64,000 bases of DNA from contig NC_134029.1 of the NCBI RefSeq assembly GCF_964204645.1, positions 17,354,950 to 17,418,949 of the forward strand, written 5' to 3'. A model generated the notes under the pieces. That model saw nothing but the letters and a program-made list of their open reading frames with translations. It made no database searches and had not been told where the DNA came from. This document shows positions 13,339 through 24,949 of this stretch, in pieces (the stretch's first letter is position 1; each line of letters begins with the position of its first letter). Position numbers and translations under genes: made by a program. Source of the stretch: Tubulanus polymorphus. Lineage: Eukaryota > Animalia > Nemertea.

Positions 13339-14146
13339 TTATCCAATTGTAATGTATAACTTATAATTACTTCCAGCATTAGAAGAATTAGATGGATTAT
13401 TATTTGAATCAATATCAGGTGATTCATTTATATCAGTTAATTTCTTTTTCTTAGCTTTTTTTAATTCTGAAGATCTTTTACCTAATTCTCTTGCCCATAT
13501 AATTTGTTTCTCGGATCTAGGCTTCTTCTTAACGCTATCACTCATTTATTTTAGTTAATTTTTGTTCTGATTCATTTTCTGTTTCGACGTTTGGTTGTAG
13601 TACAGCGTCATCTGTTTCGCTCTTACCTAATTTATATTCCATAGGTTTGATGTTCGAAAATGTTATGACGCCAGTAGAAATTAATGTTTTAACCGATCCT
13701 AATTGAAAGGAAGCATATCCAACCCATTTTTGTAATTCAGTCATAACTAAGTAGTCAATTTTCAAATCACTATATAATTTATTTTCATCATCAATTGGTA
13801 TTAACTGGTTACATAACTTAGAATAACATTTGACAATACCATCTTAAATAGAATCATTTATTCGGGCTAATCTTGCCTCTTCATAAATCTTAAAATATTT
13901 TATTACTTTATCTGGTTTCATAGCATCTAATTCTTGAAAAGTAATAATTCTATTTAAAAACTCTATAGTTTTTCCACCGGCAATCAATAGTTCTAGATGA
14001 TGCTTACAATATAAATAGTATTCATAATCTATATTACAATTAACTTGATCACAATTAGTTACAACTGTATCTTTATTATCACTTATACCCAAATCATCTA
14101 ATGTCTTTTCAATATCAATACTATTCTTATTAGATTTCTTTGACAT
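13339..14146 (-). pseudogene. Two or more small Maverick hypothetical genes, partly broken
   Basis: ORFs 13844-14146, 13538-13765 and 13339-13545; TAAATG starts at 14146 and 13545. Confidence 0.5.
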
Positions 14147-14585
14147 TTATATTAGAGAAAAAAAGCAAAAAAATATTATAAGTATTCTTCAAATGATACT
14201 AGCTAGTTAAAGCTAAAGAATTCTAGTATTGACTACTGATACTAGCTATTTGAATTTAAAGAATTTCTATTTGAATCGATTCAAAATATAAAGTATTCTC
14301 TTTTTGAAAAGAAAATATTAAAAATATAATAGAATTCACTAGCTAGTTGAAGTTATTGTTTTTTTTTATTATATTTTATTTAAATTAGGATTTAATATCA
14401 CCATGTGGGTGCCGTACGACACCATCTCACAACTATTGTCTATCTATTAGGAGCAGTAATTATATCTGTCCAGATAAGTCATTTCGGATCCTCGATAATA
14501 AATCCTCAACTGAAAATAAATTCAAAGAAACGACTGGTGGAATTAATATTTCATAAACACATATATTTATTATGTAAATTTTAGC

Positions 14586-14915
14586 GATCGATAATAGAAC
14601 AATGGAGAACAATAGAAATGCGGTCCAATCGGACCGGTTATTGCGCAATACACAGTTATATTTTTATTCTGTAAACTACAACATTCAAACATAGAACTGT
14701 AACCAATCAATATTGAGCAGCTGTTTCAGTCAACAACGATCAATAGTAGAACAATGGAGAACAATAGAAATGCGGTCCAATCGGACCGGTTATTGCGCAA
14801 TACTTAGTTAACAGTAAACAATCAATACAGAACAACCGCCACCATTAACAACGATCAATAGTAGAACAATGGAGAACAATAGAAAAGCGGTTCAATCGGA
14901 CCGGTTATTGCGTAA
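14586..14915. promoter_or_regulatory. Three ~65-bp direct repeats in a non-coding Maverick segment (putative enhancer or origin)
   Basis: CGATCAATAGTAGAACAATGGAGAACAATAGAAATGCGGTCCAATCGGACCGGTTATTGCGCAATA at ~14586, ~14737 and ~14851. The repeat is observed; the function is inferred. Confidence 0.55.
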
Positions 14916-15108
14916 TACTTAGTAAACAGTAATCAATACAATATTAAAACAGATATATACAATCGAGATTACATTTTTGATATCTATATTACAAAGACCT
15001 TCAGTGTTATAATCTATAATTTTGTCCAGAATTCTTTAATTACTGGATTGTTTCCAATCATTTCTTCAATTTCTGGTAAATATCTGACTACTTCACTAAA
15101 TGCTAATC

Positions 15109-15483
15109 CTAATATTTTGAATTTTTCATATTTTTTATTAATCTACCTACTCTTCTCAGTTTTCTTTCAAAACCGGCACTGATATCTCCACTCATTTTCT
15201 TAGTTTTCGATTCTTTGAGTCCCAACAGCAATTTAAGTCGCGTTGCTGGTAATTTTGGTAATTGTAGTTCGCGCGGTAATTGTTTATTATGTATTACATC
15301 ACTCAGAATTTTCACCATTTCTTGATGATAGTCCAAATGTTCTTGTAATTTTTGTGAAGTTTGTTCGTCAATTACGAGAGTTTCATCCTCCATTTCTATT
15401 GATTCCTGAGTTTCACTATCCAGCAGCAATCGTTCCTCACCCGTTGGTTGGCTTAGAATTTCTGGTTGATCTCTGTATTCCAT
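15109..15483 (-). CDS. Maverick hypothetical protein, possibly truncated
   Basis: 124-aa ORF with acidic N-half and basic C-half, same strand as neighbouring genes. Confidence 0.45.
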   Translation of the reverse strand: MEYRDQPEILSQPTGEERLLLDSETQESIEMEDETLVIDEQTSQKLQEHLDYHQEMVKILSDVIHNKQLPRELQLPKLPATRLKLLLGLKESKTKKMSGDISAGFERKLRRVGRLIKNMKNSKY

Positions 15484-15850
15484 TTTAATCTAAAAGATGT
15501 CGTGAAAATGAATTACTGTACTTAAATATGTTTAAAGGTTTCCCTACTTCATAATAACTACAAAAAACGGTACTTACATTTAGATTTAGAACTGTAAACT
15601 GTGTTTTGAGAGAGAATATCCAATACGTACTATGTATGTGAAAGTTGATTTCTAACTGCCGACGTGGCGCACGTTCAACCAAACTAATTATTTCTGCACG
15701 TTTGCCTGGATTGTAACAGATGTTCCTTTGTGATGAAGTTAATTAATTCTTTAGAATTGAAAACAAGATATATTTGGCAACATATGTTTTAGTAGTAAGC
15801 AAAAGCTATGTATTATAGACATACAAAGCTCAAATAGAATTGCCAGCTTT

Positions 15851-16520
15851 CTAACCACTGATTAAAACCTCAGAATGCGGTTGATTCTGTGAAATACTAT
15901 TCCATAATTCAACAAATGTCTTTGCTTTATCCAGTTGATCTAAATATAACTGTAAATCTAGTTTATTAGATTTAATTATGTTTTCCTTCTTTTCTAAAGG
16001 CCTTAAATTTTTCCAGTTCCATATTAGCTTCTTATTATAATCATCACTCATGTCAAATTTAGAAATAGGCAACACGTGATCAATATGAAAGTATTCACCA
16101 TAATTATCTATATTCATTTTATCATCGAATTGATATATTATCCATGATTTTAAGAAATCATCTGAACAACCCAATAAATTAGATAGTGTTTCTGAATGTG
16201 TTTCTTTGTTGAATAAATAATTGTGTTAATCTAGTCCTTAAGCATTGTTTCAATCTAAAATTAAGATCTGTTTGATATCTTTCTCTCATATATTCTGTCA
16301 TATAATCATTATAAGCTTCTCTATTATCTTCTCGATATTGTTTGGTATATAGTTTAGTACAAGTTTTACAGCAATATTGAAAACCATCTTTGCTAATCTT
16401 ACGCTTACTAAATTCTGTTAAAGCTAATTTATCTAATTCACATTTAGAACACTTCTTGTAGTATATATTTATGGCGCCAGTGTTTGTAATATTGATAATT
16501 TGTGGTTGTTCTGGTTCCAT
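15851..16520 (-). pseudogene. Zinc-finger + HNH/EndoVII-like endonuclease of the type seen in large DNA viruses; frameshifted
   Basis: KCSKC...DGFQYCCKTC, NFRLKQCLRTRL, GCS..FLKSWI.YQF...NYG...HIDHVLPISKFD...WKNLRPL...N..KSN. Confidence 0.78.
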
Positions 16521-16551
16521 TTATTATACATATTTTTTTACTAAATTGATT

Positions 16552-17129
16552 TTAGAAGTTCAATGATTTATATCATGCATTATTTCAATCACACTTTACT
16601 AACACTTTTAATGTTTAAAAATCTAACTCATACAAATATGAATATTGAAATAATGTTGTAAATATATACTTTTATATTGAATAATCTGTCAATTTAAATG
16701 TTATTCATGTATATGATTATTTTAAGAGTAATAGGGGTAATGGGCTTTCAGGTTAAAGGTTGAATGGTCGAGTTCATTAAAAACAAATATTAAAAGTAAT
16801 TTAAAACTATAATATATTTTCATAACCGTGTGTATTTCAGTTGAATAATAGAATAATTATTATTATTAAAATATATTTGATTATATGAATTTGTGTATTG
16901 TAAATAAATCAATTGGTCGCGGAGCGGAGCGGTAGCGAAGTGGAGCGACCAATTGATTTAATACAATATGCTTTTTAAATTTAAATTATTGATATCTTAG
17001 AATAAATATTTAGTTATAATATAAAATACGCACGGTTATGAAAATATATTATAGTTTTAAATTACTTTTAATGTTTTGTTTTTTAATGAGCTCGACCCTT
17101 TGGCCTGAAAGCCCATTACCCCTATTACT
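16552..17129 (-). repeat. Right TIR (~580 bp); the outer 403 bp (16727-17129) is itself an inverted repeat
   Basis: AGTAATAGGGGTAATGGGCTTTCAGG at 16727 and its reverse complement ending at 17129. Confidence 0.9.
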
Positions 17130-17134
17130 AATAG

Positions 17135-17310
17135 GCTCGTTCAGGGGGTGGTATTCACATTCTCGAGATTAATTTCAGTTGTTTCTGGGACTTCTGCATC
17201 AAAATAATCAGGTTTTTTGTTTAATTCTTTGAAATGTTCAAAAAGGTCTTCGGGTGTGGCTTTACATATGTTTGGGCTCTTGCGATTAAGAAGATTTCAG
17301 TATTCTCTAA
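17135..17310 (-). mobile_element. Non-LTR retrotransposon ORF2 remnant flanking the Maverick
   Basis: Minus strand reads EY*NLLNRK...EDLFEHFKELN...NLENVN, resembling the EN-RT linker of LINE ORF2. Confidence 0.4.
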
Positions 17311-20300
17311 AAAATGTCAAGAAACTTGTCTTATCTAACCTAGAATGTTCAATCGTCGAACGCTAAACATGGGACCGAGCGCAGTGTCGATCAGAGAATA
17401 GAGGATAACTGCTAGGTGACACGACTTTATTAATACAAAGATGCAGTCTTTCAATAAAAACAAGCGGTCGTTGCAAATCTAATTACGCTGGGGAGACACC
17501 AAGTGCCCTCAATTCCAACATGGAAACAATCAAACGATGATTCTAATCCCAAAAAAAAATATTTAGAATTTAGAAAATTGCCATGAAAATAGCGTAATAA
17601 GCGTATGCAAAAAATCCAGACTCCAGCCGGTGGCCACGCGCGTTTCTATGAAGATATTTTTACGAAAGTAGGATCAACAAAATCCTCAGATAAAACTCTA
17701 TCTTCAATGAAAAATTTTGCATTGTATCTCAAAACATGAAAAAGATACAGTCAATTACACATAATTACCAATCTTTTTGAGGCGCCTTCCTTAAAAGTGA
17801 CGTATATTTTTTAAACTGTAATTGTATCCGATTGTTGCTGCCGAGAAAAAATAAAATAAACACCATCAGAGAATAAAAATTGTCACCTTTCTAACGATAC
17901 ATGACTTGAATTTTTGAAGCAAAAGAGGGATGGACTACAATGAATCGCGCTAAAGGTTTTAGTTCAAAAAATGTGAAATTCATCCAGCAATGCGGGACCC
18001 GCGGGACCGCCTCAAAATGGCACCTGGAAACTGGAAACTTCCCTATTCTTCACTTCATAACCTACAGCCTCATATCTTTGGCTCCTCCACACTCTACCCC
18101 ACTGTGCTGATTAAACCCTCCCTTTTTATACTTAATTTTTCTCGCGACGTATACTTCCACATAGCCCGGTATTTTAGCCTGTGGCGTATTCTCTCGTCAC
18201 ACCATTCCACCGAGCTATGTAGAGGTTCGTACAGCTTGCGAGCTTTTATACTAATTTGTTGCGTCGAGTGAACGATATGTACATTTGAACTCTATATAGG
18301 GAGGTACATCTCGATGTAGAGCGATTTTTTATATCTGAAAAATTTCTGCCACCCCCAAAAAAGTTGTGTGTTATCTAAGTTTTCTACACTTAGTTCTGTC
18401 CAAGTGGTCATACACATATTTCATGAGCCAAGTGTAAATTAGGTTTCTGTATAACACAAGGACAGATACTGCTTCACCTTATTCCATTGTAACTAGGTAC
18501 ATGTGTATTACTTGTAATAGATCAAAGATTTTAAAACTTATTGAAAGATAAATAAACTGACATATTTCAACCTGTATATTCATGCCTTTGATTTTGTTAT
18601 CTAGGCTGTTTTGTAGAAAGATTTGTACATTTATGAATCCACGCTGACAATAGAATTAACAAGTTACCGGATTCTGTTTATTCAGGTCCTAACTTCATCA
18701 TTTGCAAGAGAATAAATTTTTTAATGAGGTTAAGTCGGAATGAAGGGTTAAATGGAAAAACTGATCGATTTCAACGCCACGAAAAGTTCGTTTTAATTTG
18801 GCGTTAAAACGAAAAACTGGTTTTTACGTAGCGTTAAAACGAAAAATGTTTTTAAAAAATGGTGGAGTTTGAATGTCATTTTTTCTAATGTGGCCCGGAT
18901 CTGATTTCTTTTTCTGATTTGGGTAGTATAGTCGGTAAATATGATTGTAGCGCAAACAGAAATGGAGAAAAATACAATCTGCTATTACGAAGAATTGTGT
19001 CTTTTTTGAAGACGAAATGTGCGGGAGCATCATAATATACAAAACATAATCTGACGAAAAATATTGCACAGTATTTTTCCCAGAAGCCTACCGGTAATCT
19101 CCTAGAACCGGTATTTAACACTCAATCTACAGATAGCTATTGACCCGTTGCTGCTGCCCTTTTAACTCGTCAGAACGTACTAAAATTTTATCCATTATGC
19201 TTAAAAAGGAAATCACGTTTTAGATCGCGCCCTTTTTGACGAGAAATTATTCCAATTTTCAGGTGAGAACCCCCTTCAAATCCTGGATAGGACATTATGT
19301 AGTTGACGATCTATGGTGCATTTATTGTCGCAACTTTAAATTGTTTAAACTTGCTGTTATTTGAATTCTGACAGGCAGGCCGTCGAAGAAGGTGGATTCA
19401 GTGTATAGTGTATGCGCGCATCTCGATATAGAAACGACCGTTAGAATTCTGTAAGAAATAATTGGAAATGTATGAAAACATTTTTACCAACCTATGAGAT
19501 CATTCGTCGGCCAGAATATGTGTAAAGCGAGGAAGTAGATGTATTCTTTTGATCCATACCAAGAAACAGCCATTTCCATGGCCCTTCAATGAGATCATTC
19601 CAGTTTCACAGTGAATTTACTCTCTTACAATATAGACAGTTGTCATTTCAATTCAAGTTTTCGGAATTAAATATTTGTACATGATAAGACAATACTACAA
19701 TTTAAGAGAAGTCTATGTGTTAAATAATGGTGTAGGACTCTCTAGTGTAAATGAATGTCATAAAATGGGCCCAAGTGTAAAATACGGAGTAGGGCAAGGG
19801 TGTATGGACATATTCAATTCGTTGTTGGTTTGATTCGGTTTTTTACTCGATATGAAGACCCACCGACTGCACATGTGACATGTCTTTTGGGCGACAGGAT
19901 GACTGGATGACTGGTCGACTGATTGACTGGACGACTGAATAACTGGGCGACTGGTTATCTAGAAGGCTGGATGAGTGAGCGACTGGATGAATCGACAACT
20001 CGATTACTAGTCAACTGGATAACCGATTGTTCGTAGATGTAACATACATATGATATCGAACAGTCGAACATTAACTAATGAATCTTTCAAATTTGGAAGG
20101 TACACTGGTGTTTTATAGTTTCAGGGAATGAAAATCGATTATGAAAAAAGAAACGTCTGCACTGTTGGGTATTTTGCAGAAAGTAGAACTTAGATGAATG
20201 CTCCAGAAGCGATTCCTAGCAACTTCTTTTATTTCATTGCACAATTCTATCAAACATCAACGCAAATTTTCAGCGGATTACTACGATGTTCTTGCTGTGG

Positions 20301-20826
20301 CATGCAAATAGCAAGTTCGTAGATGGCAGCAGGTGACGGTCGAGATCGATATGGTGGTTGGCGTTGAAAAAAGCAGATTTAATGGTTCGCTCCTGTTTCA
20401 CTGGTTCTCTTTAATGAATGAACATTAGCGAGATCCCCGGATCCCCGGACTCCCTGTTATTTCAGAATGATCACTCGTACCTCAGAGCTCTCCAGCCTGT
20501 CAGTAATCGTTCCTGTTTCCCGAGCGATCACCCGATACCCCCAGAGCACTGATTTCTGATTTCCTGCTCGCCCGTTTGAGACCTGGATCTAGTTGCACAT
20601 TTCTCGCTTAAAATCCGGATGTATGATTAGAATATTGGAAATGTACTATTCTAAACTCGATATTCAAATTGAAATTCCCTACGTACGTATAGAGTCCCAT
20701 ATTCTTCCAGAATATCATACAAAAAGAATCTGATGAAATACACTAGTGTTACTTTTATCGTCATTACTCTTTATTCGTGGTTATGTATGACTAATATCAT
20801 GGTAAAACAGCGAAGTTATCCGATGT

Positions 20827-21097
20827 TTAGTTAGGACAACATCTTCCCATCAATCGTGAGCAACATCCACTGCTGGGTCCACCAATCAGCCAGTAGGTAC
20901 CGTGTTTACCGTTACAGAAACATGGAAGTCCTCTTTCTTCAATTTCGACTTCTACAAATTAGAGATCGGTAATTTGTCAATAAGAAAATGAAACGCAATT
21001 TTGCAATGAAATGCAATGAAACAAATGAATTACCTTCGGCAGCGATGGCTCCAATGACCATAAACAAGGCCAAGGCGATGAACAGGGTTTTGTACAT
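20827..21097 (-). CDS. Secreted Cys-rich prepropeptide, APETx/BDS-like defensin-fold toxin or antimicrobial peptide (62 aa; coding exons 21097-21034 and 20951-20827)
   Basis: Spliced over an 82-nt phase-1 GT-AG intron: MYKTLFIALALFMVIGAIAA-EEVEIEER-GLPCFCNGKHGTYWLIGGPSSGCCSRLMGRCCPN*. Signal peptide, acidic propeptide ending in R, six Cys. Confidence 0.88.
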
Positions 21098-22443
21098 TCT
21101 GAAGGAAGTAAATGTTTGATTGATTTGATAAGTTGAATATCGAATCACTGGTGTCTGTCCGCAAGGCATTTGTCATGGATAAATTTCCGTGAATACGCAG
21201 GACCAAGTTCCACTCTCGATTAACATTGAATGAATATAAGGTTAAAATATTGGAAACAATTTCAAAATCTTAACTCTTTTCATAAATCAAACTTAACCAA
21301 GAACCGTGGAATTGACATTTAGAAAATTACTACAACGTACGTTGTTCAAAATCTTCTACTTTGCAGTTAGCCTTCTGAAGCCTCATAGATTCTAAACTTA
21401 CCTCAGTTTTTGCTTTACAGCACCCTAAAAGAGTGAACTTTGACTTACCTGAGTTTTGGGCGCCTTGTCGGAATATATTCACAACAATTACCAACTCATA
21501 GAAATCCGACACGTTTTATAGTTTGATGACACGAAGTTTTTCATCGTAAGCGGATTTTAGAATAATCCTCATCCATATATCACGCAGAATTAAACAATTT
21601 TTGAACTGTAATTTTTATTCTCATTTCATCATGTTATTCATGTGCAGATTCTTTATCAGAATTTTCAATTTTTCAGGTTTTGAAAATATTTCCAGTTTGA
21701 ATCTGCAGCACTCTTTGTAACGGACACTTTTACGAAGGAATATGCCTATCACAATGGTTGGTGTTGGGGCTCTGACTAGATAGGAGGAATACAACTAGGG
21801 CATAGAAATATAAACTCTTCCACAGTTCTTGCAAAAAAACTTAATTCTAGCTCATCCATAAGGCTTCGAACTTGGGATCTCAAACATTCATGCCCATGTA
21901 ACGTGCAAACCAATAGAAAAGGGATCATCTGATTAGTGTGCGTGGTAACCAGTCAGATGTCGTTACTCTATCCATCCACTAACTTTATTAGGTCCATCGT
22001 CGGGAAATTTCAGCTGGTCAGAGGGGAGTTAACTACCAAAAAGACCTCACCGGGGCAGACATTAGCCCCAACCCTAGTTCGACGTCTCTATCCCTAAGCC
22101 TACTCAACGGCCCTAACCTTCCTCGGACGTAGCCATAACCCCTGGCCTCGTATTTTCGACCTACTGCATGTCAGCCGAACATAAAAGGATACGTTGTTTC
22201 TTGATATTCTGAAGTCCAAAATTGGCCCATCCGAATTTTTTTTTATCCTTTTTGAAAATAACGTATCGTTGAAATTGAAATATTGACCCGCCCGAAAGCT
22301 TATGATTTTCCTTTTATTTGAAAAAGAATACTAAGATTTAGACAAATGACTACCGTAAATCACCCAAAACATTTCAAAATGTATTCATTTTACTGTTTTC
22401 CTTTTTAGGGAATATATTCAATGTACTTGTTAAAAGACATTGG

Positions 22444-23001
22444 CTAGACGTATCGGCCCCACTCCGCGCGGTTGCGCCACCGCGCGGGATTTACGCGAAG
22501 CAGCAAACACAAACATGGCCGCTCTCTCAATTTTCAATGATAGAAATCGTGTGTGCATTTCAATTATTTCGGCTGTTAGGGTTTTAAGGCACAATATAAG
22601 TTAATGATGTGATATGGCGATGTTAATTAATGATAATTCCGCAGTGAAGCTAGTCACGAACGGTGCCGATTGAGTGTACAGCTGCCAAAAACACTGAAAT
22701 GTGCGTAGTTGCGTAACTATTTGCAGTGAATTGCAGACGAAACATGGAGCCTTAACGGCCGTTTAAAAAAAAATTATACCAATCACAATTGTAAAATAAA
22801 AATGAGATAGAACCTAAGTTAAAATTCTGGCCATTTCTAAAATGTTATTACTAATTTTTAGTCAGTGCGGAACGTTTAGTTTACCAACAATAATGAGGGG
22901 TGGTAGGTAGTCATGCAATTCAAGTCATCATTTATTACACGTTACTTCCGTGTTGTTGAAAATCTCGCGAGTCCTGGACCAAACCCCATTGAACAATGTG
23001 A
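22444..23001 (-). mobile_element. Non-autonomous Helitron-like element, copy 1
   Basis: Inverted copy of 25982-26537; TC start, CTAG end and GC-rich subterminal hairpin on the minus strand. Confidence 0.7.
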
Positions 23002-24180
23002 TCTGTATATATTGAAATACCAATTAGCAATATAAAAAGAGGTCGCACTGTGGAGCCTTTACAACACGGTTTAGTTATGATATGTGGTAACGCCAGAAAA
23101 GGAGTCAAAATAAGGTTATCTGACCTGGATTCCAAAAACTCAAATTTAAACCTACATTGCTGTGGAGCGGGATTCTGCGTCAATTCAAACTCAGATAAAA
23201 CTGTGGAACTGGGCTCGGATTTAAATCAAACCCAATCCCAGCATAGTTTCACGTTGAACTTAACTCACGCAACTAATTTTTGACGTGAGTCCTGAATGTA
23301 AATCATCAGACTCGGTATACACCCGGTAGAGATACAGGTTTTTGTGGATTCAAGGCGTAGCAGATGCTTCATATTTCATACAGAATACATAGACTGCAAT
23401 AATTCCTAGGTTTACAGTAAAATGTGCCGTTCATTCTTATCCGACTATGTAAATTTCTCGGCGCGATTATTTTTAGCCCATAAATCATTTGAAAATCTAA
23501 TGCTCTATTTTACCTAAACCGTAGTAAAAAGTTCAGTGTCGGATTTGAAATACATGTCTATAACTGAAAACAATAGCCGCGAAAACACGGAGACGATTTG
23601 GCTCAGGCCCGGTCCGACGTTTTTGGTCGGGCCAAACAGGCTCATTTGGCACCCGTGTGACAGTTGTCCCGGGCCAAATAGCTGATGGTGACTTTTTGCA
23701 CTAGCGCAGGCGTTAATTCTGTGACATGGAAATAAATTCTCCGGAATATGCTGGTTTTTTCAAATGAATTTAATTTCTAGGTTTTAATATTCCGAGCTAG
23801 CTATTCCAACTAACTCAGAATAAACATCAGAATGCGGATAATCAGTGAATTTTGACCCTGTTCTACAGTTGTGAGTTAATATTGAACCTTTGAGCCTTTC
23901 TGAAATTCATAGCCATACCTAGCAGATTCCGGAATTCGGTACAGGCAAGAAAAGCCATAAGTCAGTCTACTGGGTAGCACGCTTGCTTTCTACATATGAG
24001 ACCCGGTTTCGCTCCCTGGTGAGTGCGCGTTATGTCACTGTCACTTCTCTCTAATTTCGACTGCCTTCAGGCGATTTATATATTATTATTACTATTACTT
24101 ATTTCATGTATATTGTTTATCATTATCATGTTGTCCACGCAGGATGAGGATGAGGTTTTACCGATATCAATTCGGGTTCT

Positions 24181-24600
24181 TATGGTGGCTGATAAGGGCC
24201 ATAGTGTAGAATTCCTGGTATGTAAATGAGGGCGCCAGAACGCCAAAACGATAAAAAAACGTCCAATTTTCTCTGAAAGTCCGTTTTGGCGCGCCAAAAA
24301 AAGAAAATTCCGTTTTGGCACCCCCGCCAAAACAACGAAAAACGTCCAATTTTCTCTGAAAGTTCGTTTTGGCGCGCCAAAACAAACAAAATTCATTTTG
24401 GCACCCCCGCCAAAACAACGAAAAACGTCGAAATTTCTCTAAAAGTTTGTTTGTTAAAACTTTGTTTTGGCGCGCCAAAACGAACTTTCAGAGAAAATTG
24501 GACGTCTTTTTTTTCGTTTTGGCGTTCTGGCGTTCTGGCGTTCTGGCGCCCTTATTTACATACCAGGAATTCTACACTATGGCCCTTATCAGCCACCATA
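24181..24600. mobile_element. Fold-back MITE with TAT...ATA ends and 6-bp TSD (IS3EU-like)
   Basis: TIR TATGGTGGCTGATAAGGGCCATAGTGTAGAATTCCTGGTATGTAAAT; TSD GGTTCT at 24175-24180 and 24601-24606; internal GGCGCGCCAAAA repeats. Confidence 0.85.
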
Positions 24601-24949
24601 GGTTCTCAACCAACGTGTGAAATTACGCGCACTCACCGGGGATCGAACAGGTCGAACCACCTCATCAAAATTATCAACACCTCATCTGGGCCGCGGCACT
24701 ATCACTCATCAGCAGGCTTTCATAGTTTTTACAGAAACCATCGCTCAAATACCGTAAAATTCAACCATCTTTCTGACGATTTTTCAAAATCTTCTAAACC
24801 TCGGGACAACGCCCTCGAGCTCCCTCCCCTTTCGAAAAATTCTAGATCCGCCCCTGGATAAACCTTTGCAGTCTCAATATTCTGAAATTACAATACAGAT
24901 AATACAGACAAAGATAACATTGTTGTGTTGTTTATTTTTTTCATGACAG

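Larger units (their letters stand above)
1..17129. mobile_element. Maverick/Polinton endogenous virus, degenerate; left terminus lies upstream of the window
   Basis: Bases 1-~213 are the reverse complement of ~16552-16770 (TIR). The right end reads ...GCCCATTACCCCTATTACT, i.e. a 5'-AGT terminus. Contains pPolB, integrase, ATPase and capsid genes in two convergent blocks; very AT-rich, intronless. Confidence 0.96.

Noticed and set aside
17130-17135. TSD of the large Maverick (AATAGG)
   Set aside because: The left junction is outside the window, so the duplication cannot be verified.
17990-19450. Candidate 5' ENaC exons (SSLHNLQPHIF, GPNFIICKR, RPSKKVDSV)
   Set aside because: Motif resemblance is weak and I could not build a stop-free, phase-consistent chain to exon 24950, so they are not annotated.
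19895-20030. (GACTGGAT/GACTGGTC)-type short repeats
   Set aside because: Degenerate minisatellite with no spacers or coding signal.
23958-24027. tRNA-like sequence with a B-box-like GGTTTCGCTCCC
   Set aside because: No convincing cloverleaf; at most a decayed tRNA-derived SINE head.
24023-24861. Cluster of overlapping ORFs on both strands
   Set aside because: They derive from the palindromic, repetitive MITE at 24181-24600.
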